The translations under genes and the position numbers were made by a program. Of a DNA stretch of 49,198 bases, positions 25,901 through 34,181 are shown piece after piece. This stretch comes from a virus (lineage: Duplodnaviria > Caudoviricetes): positions 1 to 49,198 of IMG/VR virus record IMGVR_UViG_3300037755_000083; one strand, 5' to 3'. The notes under the pieces were generated by a model. The model saw only the letters and a program-made list of their open reading frames with translations. It had not been told where the DNA came from and ran no database searches. The number at the start of each line of letters is the position of its first letter. Position 1 is the stretch's first letter.

Positions 25901-27089
25901 GGAGATCATCGAGTCTCCGATCGGAGACTGGGTCACTCAGGGCTTCGGCCTGACTCGCGGGACTCCTCTGGAGCAGGCTGCGCCGAACCACTTCAACACC
26001 ATGGCACAGGCCCTGGAGTCCGTGTGGGGCGGCCAGTCCTCCGAGACGGCCCAGCAGAAGCTGGCCATCTACATGAACCAGACGATGGTCGAGTGGGCAC
26101 AGGACGGCAAGGATCTGAACGACCTCCAGGGCATCCAGGCAGAGGCGGAGAGTCGCCTGCGCGGCGACCTGTGGGTGCGCGCCTTCGGCACCACGGTCTC
26201 CCCGTTCTCCATGTCCGGCACGCCAGAGCTGGACTGGTACCGCCAGAAGTACCTCCAGTACATCGAGGAGTACGGGCACGACGCCTCGAACAAGTTCGCG
26301 GAAGACTTCCCCGAGTACGCCCACATGGGCGTGTCCCTGTCCGTCAACAACACGGGCATCTCGGCGACCTCTTCGGCCTACCAGAACGCACTGGACAACC
26401 GGCGCCTGGTGGCAGAGGCTCCCGAGTGGGGCTGGGCCGTGGCCGGACCGGCAGGCGATGAGGCGTTCAACTCGAACGTCTACAACCAGCAGATGGCGAA
26501 CACCATCGACGCCTCGACGAACGTCCGCTGGCGCGAGCAGGGCGACCCGCAGACGGCGCTCCGTGAGGCTCGCATCAACGAGGGGTGGGCCGCCTGGTCG
26601 GCCATCTCGAACGACATCGAGGCGAAGATGGAGCAGAACGGCGTCACGTCGCTCCGTTCCACCGACCCTGCGGCCGTCGCGCTGAAGGATGAGAAGGAGA
26701 AGCGCTTCCAGGAGCTCTCAGCCGACAACCGTGTCTGGTGGGACGAGTTCCAGCAGGGCTTCGGTTCAGACCAGCCGGTGCGCTTCCTCGGCTACATGGA
26801 ACGGAACATCCCGAAGATGAAGGGAGGCGCAGACCGCCGCGACCTTCAGATGGTTCAGGAATACACGAACCTGCGTTCGCAGTTCCAGCAGATCATGGCT
26901 CTCTACGGAATTACCACGCTGCCTTCGGCGGCAGAGGGCGTATCGTCCTCGACGAGCATCGAGCGCTTGGCACTCGCCGCCGCGTGGGAGACCGTTGTGG
27001 GGCAGCTGAAGGCGGAGGCCAATCCTGGCTTCGATCAGATCTACAACAGGGTGCTCCAGTATGACACCCTCGGAGAGGCGGTAGCGTGA
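19971..27089 (+). CDS. Giant (2372 aa) internal virion/ejection protein with an ADP-ribosyltransferase-like domain
   Basis: Size and position in the virion module; LHRG / WSWT / SEVL motifs at about 23037-23297. Confidence 0.7.
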   Translation: MILSFDEKIGATANAGASIGVAAEGGNVPEDQGWFWNWMQSMGEGLGAAARATGLDRSPSEVLTAGILPPSFTNEGWQRNSEIAAGAPNTKVGSTFDKVLMRPSALYQGGLRWGDALQRSQYTPGQSRPWHMTDAQWNRSRNQEFAGADVNLDIRSYIKMAWEGDDTASEVIRALEGHAPTLDKNGMVTYELVDDDSPEGRERKYQDLYERGIRDRFTWGLVDFGYDVVTDPLNAVTLGASKASQVMRTLQPGDVDRAFTMSRQGGQMPQNVELVNDVMKGPNALSPQNVTNSVRGKIADHRVRRLNRLVGQSVDEYIQFSRNGSNLAGTVTRNNPLFDALDDQGVMSAVFKDVWDDVRPGGKTEAAARREMKDAIYAMAGSRQAIRTVKQNYLTTYQSLHNVMEGYEHGLRMDTILAHPRLRQLSLRPSDIYKADGWLKAERNAVENSPKAMRDIMGKMTATRAAGYRLTPEASQQVFDRLKSSEQAWQRALDEATSGQELAYASSGLKNQEAVFASDDIVSEVARQSRGRIQELPGFTQQGLREHANSELAARWGEKPLGHAGIVKAGAFTSPVHIFTGDRIPNAIRLDDPLSNTFVNAAVRRFQREIAKHGRKVGLTEERQRSYVAASNAITSRYAATEGLGSTRGAAERARILEELDDVIAEWLGDAYANPTKTRQEVMAEYLSARRLNADDIADAMATAKNARDTGKPVGWMSQTTGVLRVIDPAIAKNLDEGGLRNVYALPDFTEVRRVFSDRYKRQADVIDYNDVENRIAQSYTPEAYTEAWGQNGTAYVPRSETAVAARTLARNSAETVVASAEFLHRLMLLRPAYAIRNAIESVMRFAVKDGVDAALMVGARAMGNGVRNTARVTQGEADFATESLKAHLELPSLKEQYENLADQIEASRTAMVPGFPASGNGFQIVDVKAPGVGQPAKPVQPETFGKDFALTGDQLRFVRENAKKHFGRTLTEDEVRMLNATAQWVTKGDSFSLRNMGPRQREYFLDQVGKMIRQSPLVGSELHRGFRIDPDSLDDYGAWSKMVDGLKEGDVFETPVWSWTKDRGQAVNYSELDSADAPSTKRVVLDIDGPVRGVELDRLIRTGGSEVLSSGRIQVRSIAEKDGTKVIKARMVNTGTIPANSPDAIDGRRVPNLPESILNQRHLDDESLAAANERLGELFERIQTREALIGEDYETWLEKAVEAGADPEELNKRVQRGSTVLRETSGSSFGITADGMSLPPKVADAYRDVLKDFQDAHGTDVSHEILDGVFGTAKNARLRQLLRELGGTKEVAYSPETHGEYVSAMTRYINTTLAKDPIYLKAMEGRSAEKLADWLRSDPEGSRLFSAFEQDRRGRYAFYGSDPTNAESERPYSPARLEERIREVPTTVKDAARYTLAGPTPAREFDQWDDLASFRKGFQKGHYNKGALNYNVVRPASESRAREVIAANNLARLFYLPALDIRPTRDGNRAVLAVEAEGPAWNAVQDLGVETSTPQQALQSALNRANDREDALYSFAEITKGDVDNQGQAAGLSGKDLERFNAKVNGIIDEILDAEGIERAEGPPLKSRRVPLKSHREPDATHVERYGYQSTPDFDRADAFYEKVREELGYTPDDILDKAEYESLREAGFLRYATPGEYQRNVDEYRGRIRDAGADRELMAALRIKKTVDLLLPFQSTRARFATGGTISEEGAEKLIEVIQRQVEGGAVEKDYRLPALPTQALDETALLGNLGRGGGVGRQSIRRLQESNLERFQQWWFKWAGEQPEVAFSQSPHYRLFWDEEWSKATTGVIAEGDMTVRQINELRKRVAGRARRKVAQYAFDTRQQSAMSGHAATRALLPFFPAWEDSMRKWLKIGSEHPVATLAAARLVASPEKYAPIVTNDQGIIMPNGMVARRNQDGSIGEEFREKREGEGYMVLSLPSWAKRGPLEHQDELRFSVASANVSWGGSPWWLPGSGPLIAIPANQLALHWEGPGREIIESPIGDWVTQGFGLTRGTPLEQAAPNHFNTMAQALESVWGGQSSETAQQKLAIYMNQTMVEWAQDGKDLNDLQGIQAEAESRLRGDLWVRAFGTTVSPFSMSGTPELDWYRQKYLQYIEEYGHDASNKFAEDFPEYAHMGVSLSVNNTGISATSSAYQNALDNRRLVAEAPEWGWAVAGPAGDEAFNSNVYNQQMANTIDASTNVRWREQGDPQTALREARINEGWAAWSAISNDIEAKMEQNGVTSLRSTDPAAVALKDEKEKRFQELSADNRVWWDEFQQGFGSDQPVRFLGYMERNIPKMKGGADRRDLQMVQEYTNLRSQFQQIMALYGITTLPSAAEGVSSSTSIERLALAAAWETVVGQLKAEANPGFDQIYNRVLQYDTLGEAVA

Positions 27090-28006
27090 GTATCACCGCA
27101 CCGGAGGGCCAGATCGGCGGCGGGGCGGGCATTGACCCCGGACTCCTGTCGGCCGTCCAGTCCAGCTTCGCCCAGTTCGGCCTGGATCCCAATCAGCGGC
27201 AGGACCCGTGGGATCTTGCCGCGTTCCAGACTGGCGGCGAAGTTCCTGGCACTGCACCGTTCCTGACTGGTGGCATCCCGACCCAGACCATGATGCCGGA
27301 GACGGAAACTCCGGAAGAGATCATGAACAAGTGGTACACCGATGAGGAGTACCGCTCCCGCTGGACCGAGCGACTGGTTGCCGCAGGCTGGATCCGTTCC
27401 GATGCTGACGCATTCAGCATCCAGGGCGCATTCACCCAGTTCCTCACTGAAGCCGCGAACTACAATGTGGCAGGCTTTAGGGGTGACCTGAACTCCGTCT
27501 GGGAGCAGCTTGTCAAGGACTCCGGGATGGAGGAGGAGGCTGTTGCCTATCTCGCCGGACGAGGGCGAGCCCCCGGCGACCCGGAGGAGGCCCGCGAGCC
27601 TCAGGTCGGCGACCAGACGACCCGCACCACTGTCAACCGGAATGTCGATCTGACGAACCCGGGTGAGGCTCGACGCCTCATCAACCAGGTTCTCGCCGAG
27701 TACCTGGGCCGTGATGCTTCGGACGAGCAGTTCAACGAGTTCCTGGCATCCCTGAACCGCTCGCAGGAGCTGGCTCCGGTCACGACGACTTCGACTGCGA
27801 CAGAGACGATCGTCGGCGTGGATGAGGATGGTTACGACACATCCGTGGAGACCGACACGCGCACCGAGGGCGGTATCGACCCGCTCCAGCAGGCGATCGA
27901 CTTCGCGCGTTCGGCGCCGGACTTTGTGGAGATGCAGGCGGGCATGACGTACATGAATGCCCTGGAGGGTGTCATCGCCTCACCGGTGCAGACGGGTAGC
28001 TTCTGA
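27086..28006 (+). CDS. Putative internal virion protein
   Basis: GTGA overlap; in the structural operon. Confidence 0.6.
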   Translation: MSITAPEGQIGGGAGIDPGLLSAVQSSFAQFGLDPNQRQDPWDLAAFQTGGEVPGTAPFLTGGIPTQTMMPETETPEEIMNKWYTDEEYRSRWTERLVAAGWIRSDADAFSIQGAFTQFLTEAANYNVAGFRGDLNSVWEQLVKDSGMEEEAVAYLAGRGRAPGDPEEAREPQVGDQTTRTTVNRNVDLTNPGEARRLINQVLAEYLGRDASDEQFNEFLASLNRSQELAPVTTTSTATETIVGVDEDGYDTSVETDTRTEGGIDPLQQAIDFARSAPDFVEMQAGMTYMNALEGVIASPVQTGSF

Positions 28007-28713
28007 TGAGCGAAATGGGGACCAGCCTGGAGGAGATCAGTGCTGTCAACCAGCTCGCCGCTGGCATCGGCTCCTCGCCTCAGTTCGGGCCCATCCAGGA
28101 CATCACCGATCGGCAGGACGCCGTCGATCCGGTCGCCCTTGCCGAAGAGCGTCAGCGCGAGGCGCGGGCAGAGGAGATTGCCCAGCAGAACGCTGAGGCC
28201 CTTGCCGATGAGCGGCGAAACGCGCAGAGCCAGTCGACCATCACCGAGGGGCGTGTCAACTTCTCCGAGGGCGAGTACAATGCCGCCCTCGGCGGCAACA
28301 GCGCCCTGATCAACTACGCGAAGAAGTTCATCGGCACCCCGTATGTCTGGGGTGGGGAATCAGCTCTAGGCGTGGATTGTTCTGGACTGACGAAGCTGAT
28401 CATGCAGAAGTTCGGCGTGAACGTCCCACACTTCTCTGCCGCGCAGGCGCGCGGAGGGGCCGCTGTGGATGAGCGTAAGCTGAAGGTGGGGGACCTTCTG
28501 TTCTGGGACAACTCATCGAGGAATGCCGGAGCTGACCACGTTGCCATGTACATCGGAGATGGCCTCATGATCGAGGCCCTTCAGCCGGGAGCGCCAGTTC
28601 GGGTCACGAAGGTCCGCCGCAACGGCATGTGGGCTCGGCGCTACCTGGAAGGCTCTTCAGTGCATGACCGCACACAGCTCACCGGTGGGCCGACCGGATA
28701 CTCGGCACTGTAG
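28006..28713 (+). CDS. NlpC/P60 peptidoglycan endopeptidase
   Basis: GTPYVWGG, DCSG, GDLLF, HVAMY. Confidence 0.92.
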   Translation: MSEMGTSLEEISAVNQLAAGIGSSPQFGPIQDITDRQDAVDPVALAEERQREARAEEIAQQNAEALADERRNAQSQSTITEGRVNFSEGEYNAALGGNSALINYAKKFIGTPYVWGGESALGVDCSGLTKLIMQKFGVNVPHFSAAQARGGAAVDERKLKVGDLLFWDNSSRNAGADHVAMYIGDGLMIEALQPGAPVRVTKVRRNGMWARRYLEGSSVHDRTQLTGGPTGYSAL

Positions 28714-28721
28714 GAGGATGA

Positions 28722-29813
28722 ATGCTTAGGCTTGGATCGAGCGGAGACGACGTCCGGGCCCTTCAGCGCAAGCTGAAGGCGGCCGGGTTCAATCCCGGCG
28801 CCGCTGACGGGGTCTTCGGGCCTGCCACTCAGGCAGCCCTGATCAGCTTCCAGCGTGCGGCTGGGGTGGCCCCTGATGGCGTACATGGCCCGCAGACCTC
28901 TTCCGCGCTGAACAACTGGTCGTCGGACGACAACAACCGCACCCGGGAGAACAACCGGAAGGCGGAGGAGTACGCCGACGAGTACGGCTACGCTCAGGCG
29001 ACACTAAATGCGGTGCCGGAACTGAAGAACCTCTTCCGGCGAGCCATCGCGAACAACTGGACTCCGGAGAAGTTCCAGACCGAGGTCAAGCAGTCGAAGT
29101 GGTACAAGCAGAACGGTGAGGCCGCTCGCGCGGCCCTCCTTCAGCGAACCACAGACCCGGGCACCTGGAAGCGCCAGGTCGATTCGGCGACGGCCACCGT
29201 GCAGGCGCGCGCCACGCAGATGGGCGCACTGATCAATCCGAAGCAGGCGCGACGCGTTGCCGAGAACATGATCAAGTATGGGTGGAATGACGCTCAGCTC
29301 CAGTCCGGACTCCAGTCGTACATCCGCGCTTCGAGGGGTCAGCTCTACGGTGCTGCCGCAGCGGCGGAGACGGAGTTCCACCAGTATGCGATGGACATGG
29401 GGGTGAACATCTCCAACAAGGCGATCAGCGCGTGGGCGTCTCGCGTCGCGGGCGGTCAGACCGCCCCAGACTCGATCCTGGACAAGATTCGCAAGATGGC
29501 TGGCTCCGCCTACCCGCAGTTCAGAGAGCGCATCGAGGCGGGGGAGACGATGGCAGAGATCGCCGACCCGTACGTCCAGCAGATGGCGTCGACGCTGGAG
29601 CTGTCGCCGGAGGCGCTGACACTGAAGGACAGGAGCATCCAGAACGCACTGAACTACCGGGACCCGGAGACGAAGAAGGCGACCCAGAAGTCTCTGTGGC
29701 AGTTCAATCTGGACCTGCGCAAGGATGACCGGTTCGCCGCGACGCAGGGTGCTCAGGATCAGGGCTCGCAGGTGTTGAGGGCCCTCGGCGACGCATTCGG
29801 GAAGACGATATGA
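28722..29813 (+). CDS. Virion protein with N-terminal peptidoglycan-binding domain
   Basis: LRLGSSGDDVRALQ...DGVFGPAT...FQ...DGVHGPQT. Confidence 0.8.
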   Translation: MLRLGSSGDDVRALQRKLKAAGFNPGAADGVFGPATQAALISFQRAAGVAPDGVHGPQTSSALNNWSSDDNNRTRENNRKAEEYADEYGYAQATLNAVPELKNLFRRAIANNWTPEKFQTEVKQSKWYKQNGEAARAALLQRTTDPGTWKRQVDSATATVQARATQMGALINPKQARRVAENMIKYGWNDAQLQSGLQSYIRASRGQLYGAAAAAETEFHQYAMDMGVNISNKAISAWASRVAGGQTAPDSILDKIRKMAGSAYPQFRERIEAGETMAEIADPYVQQMASTLELSPEALTLKDRSIQNALNYRDPETKKATQKSLWQFNLDLRKDDRFAATQGAQDQGSQVLRALGDAFGKTI

Positions 29814-30796
29814 GCGACATCTACAGCAGCCTCCCTGGGGCCTCGCCCACCGTGGTGCGCCCACCGACGAGCACCCTTCCTGGTCCTGGCCAGGACCTAC
29901 CGACGTTTGACCCGTCGAGCGCGCGGCAGTACACGCCCGGGACGCGCACGGCACCCAGCCCTGACCCCGGCGCGGCGCTGACTGGCTCCGATCGGGACAT
30001 CTTCTCGTACATCCGTGGCATCCTGAACTCCTGGGGGCTCGGAAGCCTCGCCGACGAGGTCGTGAAGTTCATCCGGAACGACTTCTCCGTCGACACGATC
30101 ATGCTGGAGCTCCAGAAGACGGAAGCTTACAAGAAGCGCTTCGCGGGCAACGAACGCCGAGCAGCCGCTGGCTTGCCCGTCCTGGACCCGGCAGAGTACC
30201 TGGCCATGGAGGACCAGTACCGCGAGGTGATGCGCCTCGCGGGCATGCCGATCGGCTTCTACGACCAGACGGACGACTTCACGAACTTCATCTCGAACGA
30301 CGTCTCGCCGAACGAGGTGTCAGCGCGCGTGAACGCGGCGAAGGATGTGATCCACAACCTGGACCCGAACGTGCGGGCCGTAGTGAATCAGTGGTACACG
30401 GATGGTGACCTCGTCGCCTACGCCCTGGACCCAGATCGCGCCGTGACGACGATCCAGCAGCAGTACGAGACGGCGCAGATTGGCGCCGAGCAGATCCAGG
30501 CCGGTTTCGGCGCGAACCAGCAGATTGCAGAGCGGCTCCAGTCCCTCGGCATCGAGGCGGATCAGGCAGCCTCCGGCCTTCAGCAGGCGCGGACGCTTCA
30601 GCAGGACGCGAACCGTCTGGGCGCACTTACGGGCGACCAGTTCAGCGACGCCGAGGTGGTGGCAGCCACCTTCGAGCAGGAGGGTGGCGTCACTCGACGC
30701 ATCGGCCGACTCGCTTCGCAGGAGCGCGCGCGGTTCGGTGGAGGCGCAGGGATCGGCGCGCAGACGCTCACGTCGGCACGAGTCGGGGAGGGTTAG
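29810..30796 (+). CDS. Putative internal virion protein
   Basis: YKKRFAGN..R...GL..L.PAEYL motif; ATGA overlap. Confidence 0.6.
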   Translation: MSDIYSSLPGASPTVVRPPTSTLPGPGQDLPTFDPSSARQYTPGTRTAPSPDPGAALTGSDRDIFSYIRGILNSWGLGSLADEVVKFIRNDFSVDTIMLELQKTEAYKKRFAGNERRAAAGLPVLDPAEYLAMEDQYREVMRLAGMPIGFYDQTDDFTNFISNDVSPNEVSARVNAAKDVIHNLDPNVRAVVNQWYTDGDLVAYALDPDRAVTTIQQQYETAQIGAEQIQAGFGANQQIAERLQSLGIEADQAASGLQQARTLQQDANRLGALTGDQFSDAEVVAATFEQEGGVTRRIGRLASQERARFGGGAGIGAQTLTSARVGEG

Positions 30797-30836
30797 GAAT
30801 AGCACGTCTGGACGTCTGGTTATGCCAGGCGTCCGA

Positions 30837-30910
30837 TGCGGAGTGGAGCAGCTAGGTAGCTCAGCGGACTCATATTCCGTTTGTCGCAGGTTCAAATCCT
30901 GCCTCCGCAA
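30837..30910 (+). tRNA. tRNA-Met(CAT), initiator-like body
   Basis: Full cloverleaf; TGCGGAG/CTCCGCA; GCGGA-CTCATAT-TCCGT; TTCAAAT T-loop. Confidence 0.9.
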
Positions 30911-30915
30911 CTTGA

Positions 30916-30987
30916 TGATCACTAGCTCAATGGCAGAGCACCAGATTGTTAATCTGGTGGTTCCAGGTTCGAGTCCTGGGTGGTCAG
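30916..30987 (+). tRNA. tRNA-Asn(GTT)
   Basis: TGATCAC/GTGGTCA; CCAGA-TTGTTAA-TCTGG; G73. Confidence 0.9.
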
Positions 30988-30990
30988 CGT

Positions 30991-31064
30991 ATGGCCCTAG
31001 TTCAATGGAAGAACACCGGTCTCCAAAACCGGCGATCCAGGTTCGAGTCCTGGGGGCTGTGCCA
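30991..31064 (+). tRNA. tRNA-Trp(CCA)
   Basis: ATGGCCC/GGGCTGT; CCGGT-CTCCAAA-ACCGG; encoded CCA end. Confidence 0.9.
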
Positions 31065-31065
31065 A

Positions 31066-31140
31066 CCTTCTATAGAGCAGTCTGGAGTGCTCGCCACCCT
31101 GTCACGGTGGAGGTCGCGGGTTCAAATCCCGCTAGGAGGA
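31066..31140 (+). tRNA. tRNA-Asp(GTC)
   Basis: CCTTCTA/TAGGAGG; CCACC-CTGTCAC-GGTGG. Confidence 0.85.
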
Positions 31141-31258
31141 CCCATTACCGGATCGACCGGCCCCGGTATGTGAACGTAGACCGGCAGTTGCAGCGACCTA
31201 GGCTTCCTCTGGGCATGGGTTAGGGCGGCGAACGAATCAACAGGGTGAGAGGTTTAGC

Positions 31259-31765
31259 ATGTCTACTGAGTTTCCCGCTGGCGACTTCCAGGACAACGGA
31301 GGCAACTCCGGTGGCGCACTGCGAGCGTGGGCTGAGAAGGTGAACGAAGAGAACAAGGCGCTGGCTCAGCGACTTGGGGCTCTGGAGGCCGCTCAGAACG
31401 CGAAGACCGCAGACGAGCTTTTCAAGGGCTACGACCCCATCGTGAAGGACATGGTGCCGGAAGGTGCCAACGCGAAGGAGTGGCTGGAGAAGTTCGGCGA
31501 CCACCTCCCGAAGGTCGAGAACAGCCAGGGTGCCGAGGTTCAGGCAGGTCAGGCCGGTGCGCCAATGCAGGCGCAGGCGCAGGTCCCGGAGAACATCCAG
31601 GGTCTCGCGCAGATCGACCAGACCATGGCCCAGAATACAGCGACCGGGCCTGGTGGTGTGACACAGTTCGGACAGGCGAACCTGACCGAGGCGCTTCAGA
31701 ACGGTGGCCTCGCAGAACTCAACAAGCTTCTCGGCGCGCAAAACCTTTCGGGGCGCGTCGTGTGA
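31259..31765 (+). CDS. Capsid scaffolding protein
   Basis: Precedes capsid gene; coiled coil; KEWLEKFGD. Confidence 0.65.
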   Translation: MSTEFPAGDFQDNGGNSGGALRAWAEKVNEENKALAQRLGALEAAQNAKTADELFKGYDPIVKDMVPEGANAKEWLEKFGDHLPKVENSQGAEVQAGQAGAPMQAQAQVPENIQGLAQIDQTMAQNTATGPGGVTQFGQANLTEALQNGGLAELNKLLGAQNLSGRVV

Positions 31766-31788
31766 TACCCTAGAGGAGGGTAGCCCTA

Positions 31789-32835
31789 ATGGTTCTTCCT
31801 GTCTCCGATAACATCCAGTTCAGCGCTCAGGCGCAGCCGTCGCTGGCCCTGGGTACCTCGGGCACGCAGGCCGGTATCATCAAGGACGCCTACGACCTGG
31901 CGTTCATGTATGAGCTGAACTCGATGCCCATCCTGCGCAACTTCGTGACGCGCAGCTCGATCGCGCCGGACCACCGGTCGCACACCATCGTTCTCCAGAA
32001 GTTCCAGTACCTGGACGTGAACGAGACCACGACCACTGCGGCCGAGCTGGACGAAGAGACCGACGTCACGCCGGTCGACGTGCCCAGCCCGCTCGACATC
32101 GTGATCACCGCGACCGAGTACGGCCGCCTGATCACGCACACGCAGTACTTCGAGGACTCCGCGATGGTGCCCTTCGACCAGTACCTGGTTCGCCTCCTGG
32201 CGGACGATGCTGGCAAGACCATCGACGAGAAGCTCCAGACCGACATCGCGACGGAGCTCCTGACTGGTGACACGGACGGCTACGGCCTGATCATCGTGGA
32301 CGGTGGTGTCGAGACCCGAGTGGACTCGGCCGCCTACCAGGCAGCGCATGACGCGCTGGTGGCTGGCGACAACATCACCGCCGAGACGGTCCGGAACCGT
32401 GGTGTCTCGTTCCTGGAGAACAACGTTCTCACCTGGGACCGCCAGAACTACGTCTGCGTGGCTCACCCCCGCGTCCTGGCTGACCTCCGCGAGGAGGCCG
32501 GTTCGGCCGGATGGCGCGACGCGAAGGACTACATGAACGCGCCTGACCTGAAGATGCTCCCCAACGAGCTGGGGATCTTCGAGGGCTTCCGCTTCCTGTC
32601 CAACAACCGCGTCCGCACGGGCGAGTCGACCAGCACGGACGGCACCTACCGTTCCTACTGGTTCGGTCAGGACGCCCTGGCCCAGCACGTGCTGCGGGAT
32701 GTGACCACGGTCATCGCCCCGCAGACGGACGGTCTGCGCCGGTTCTTCGGCCTCGGCTGGAAGGCGACCCTCGGGTTCGCCGTCTACGAGCCCCTGGCGA
32801 TCGACGTCACGGTCTCGTCCAGCGGTCGCGGCTGA
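31789..32835 (+). CDS. Major capsid protein (N4-gp56-like, HK97 fold)
   Basis: TEYG, YVCVAHPRVLADLREE, ELGIFEGFRF; strong RBS; downstream terminator. Confidence 0.85.
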   Translation: MVLPVSDNIQFSAQAQPSLALGTSGTQAGIIKDAYDLAFMYELNSMPILRNFVTRSSIAPDHRSHTIVLQKFQYLDVNETTTTAAELDEETDVTPVDVPSPLDIVITATEYGRLITHTQYFEDSAMVPFDQYLVRLLADDAGKTIDEKLQTDIATELLTGDTDGYGLIIVDGGVETRVDSAAYQAAHDALVAGDNITAETVRNRGVSFLENNVLTWDRQNYVCVAHPRVLADLREEAGSAGWRDAKDYMNAPDLKMLPNELGIFEGFRFLSNNRVRTGESTSTDGTYRSYWFGQDALAQHVLRDVTTVIAPQTDGLRRFFGLGWKATLGFAVYEPLAIDVTVSSSGRG

Positions 32836-32847
32836 TCCGCTGATGAC

Positions 32848-32878
32848 CGAAGGGGTGGGGCTGAGCCCCACCCCTTCG
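32848..32878 (+). terminator. Terminator hairpin after capsid gene
   Basis: CGAAGGGGTGGGGC-TGA-GCCCCACCCCTTCG. Confidence 0.7.
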
Positions 32879-32895
32879 TCGTACCAGGAGGCATC

Positions 32896-33234
32896 ATGGT
32901 TCTAGTCTTCGAGAACCCGACAGTTGAGCAGCCGTGGGTCCCGAAGGATGAGGACCAGGACAAGCTGTTCTACCGTCTGAAGAAGAACGTTCCTCTCGGC
33001 GTGATCATCGTAGATGGTCAAGTGTTCACTGTGGCACATGTTCCCGGTGAAGCGTTCGGGAAGGCGAGTGCGATCTTCCTCGGCGGCACAACGCCAATCA
33101 CAGCCGAGCAGGGCGCACTCCTCACATCGGCCGGTTACGGCGAACTTGTATACGACGACGGAACTGTCGACGGCGGGGACGACCCTGTCGGCTACGGTCT
33201 CGGAACCTACGGTACAGGAGTGTACGGGCGCTAA
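32896..33234 (+). CDS. Hypothetical virion protein
   Basis: AGGAGG RBS; GYGxGxYGxGxYG tail. Confidence 0.65.
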   Translation: MVLVFENPTVEQPWVPKDEDQDKLFYRLKKNVPLGVIIVDGQVFTVAHVPGEAFGKASAIFLGGTTPITAEQGALLTSAGYGELVYDDGTVDGGDDPVGYGLGTYGTGVYGR

Positions 33235-34181
33235 TGGCACTCAACCTCATCACCCCCGCGTCGAACGACGTCTGGGGTGAGCAGCAGAATGCGAACCTTC
33301 AGGATCTTGACGATCGAGTGTCCGCGCTTCAGACGTCCGCTGGTGGCGTGATCACGGTCACCGATGGCGATCCGATCCCGGTAGGAACTCCTGCCGGTCA
33401 GCTCATCGCATTCCTGGAGAACCTGGACCCGAACGCTTTCGGCGTGAAGGCCGGCCCTGGCAATGTGTCCACGTTCTCGGATCAGGGCTCGGCGAATGCT
33501 GCCGAGTGCACGCTGACGAAGCCCGCGAACGCGGCAGTCGGCGACACACTGATGGCGTGGGTGTGGCTGGACAACGTGTCGGACATCTCGACGCCCTCGG
33601 GCTGGACGGAACTGTTCGACGTCCCGGCCCGACTGGGCCTGTACAGCCTCTACATCAACGATCAGACAGAGCTGGATGCTCTGCCGTCTTCGTGGGCATG
33701 GACGGGTACTTCCGGGACAGCCTCGCCGAACGAGATGGGCATCTTGTTCCGTGTCACGAATGCGGACATGGACACGCCGCCCGCGTACAGCGCGAACGGG
33801 AACCGGACGGCGAACACGCTGTCCGAGGACAACCACGACGATCCCGACCACTACATGAACGTGAACCCCCTGTCGCCGACGTTCGACACGCGACTCATGG
33901 TCAAGTGCCTGATTGCGTCGGAGCATGGCGCGAACCGGACGACGCCGGTGTTCGACAAGTCGTCGGCCGGGCTGAACGAGTGGGGCACGACTGCCGAGAT
34001 CACGGGCACGTCGGGAGACGGTCTGTGGACGATGCTGGCAGTGTCCCGCCTCGTGCCGGAGGGTGAGGAGACCCCGGCGAGCTCCCCGTACACGCCGCTG
34101 ACGGTGCATTGGACGGGTGAGGGGGCAACGCCGGTGAACCGGCAGTACCGCATCGCCGCAATCCCCGAGGATCTGGGATGA
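33234..34181 (+). CDS. Minor tail/fibre protein
   Basis: WGEQQNANL..LD N-terminus; KPANAAVGD...TPSGWT beta-rich domain. Confidence 0.6.
   Translation: MALNLITPASNDVWGEQQNANLQDLDDRVSALQTSAGGVITVTDGDPIPVGTPAGQLIAFLENLDPNAFGVKAGPGNVSTFSDQGSANAAECTLTKPANAAVGDTLMAWVWLDNVSDISTPSGWTELFDVPARLGLYSLYINDQTELDALPSSWAWTGTSGTASPNEMGILFRVTNADMDTPPAYSANGNRTANTLSEDNHDDPDHYMNVNPLSPTFDTRLMVKCLIASEHGANRTTPVFDKSSAGLNEWGTTAEITGTSGDGLWTMLAVSRLVPEGEETPASSPYTPLTVHWTGEGATPVNRQYRIAAIPEDLG

Noticed and set aside
19971-27089. Virion RNA polymerase (N4- or crAss-like) to explain the hairpin motifs
   Set aside because: I found no T7-type motifs and no DxDGD/DFDID motif by eye (DFDRAD does not fit); it cannot be fully excluded without structure prediction
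30837-31140. tRNA cluster as an attachment site or a sign of genetic-code reassignment
   Set aside because: No integrase is present, the anticodons are standard sense codons, and genes end normally at TGA, TAG and TAA
31139-31238. tRNA-associated HDV-like (theta) ribozyme: GACCCAT/ATGGGTT as P1, GCT-TCCTCTG-GGC as P3/L3, GGCGAA as J4/2
   Set aside because: There is no P2 partner, A rather than GG follows P1, the conserved L3 G is misplaced, and cleavage would fall inside the tRNA acceptor stem
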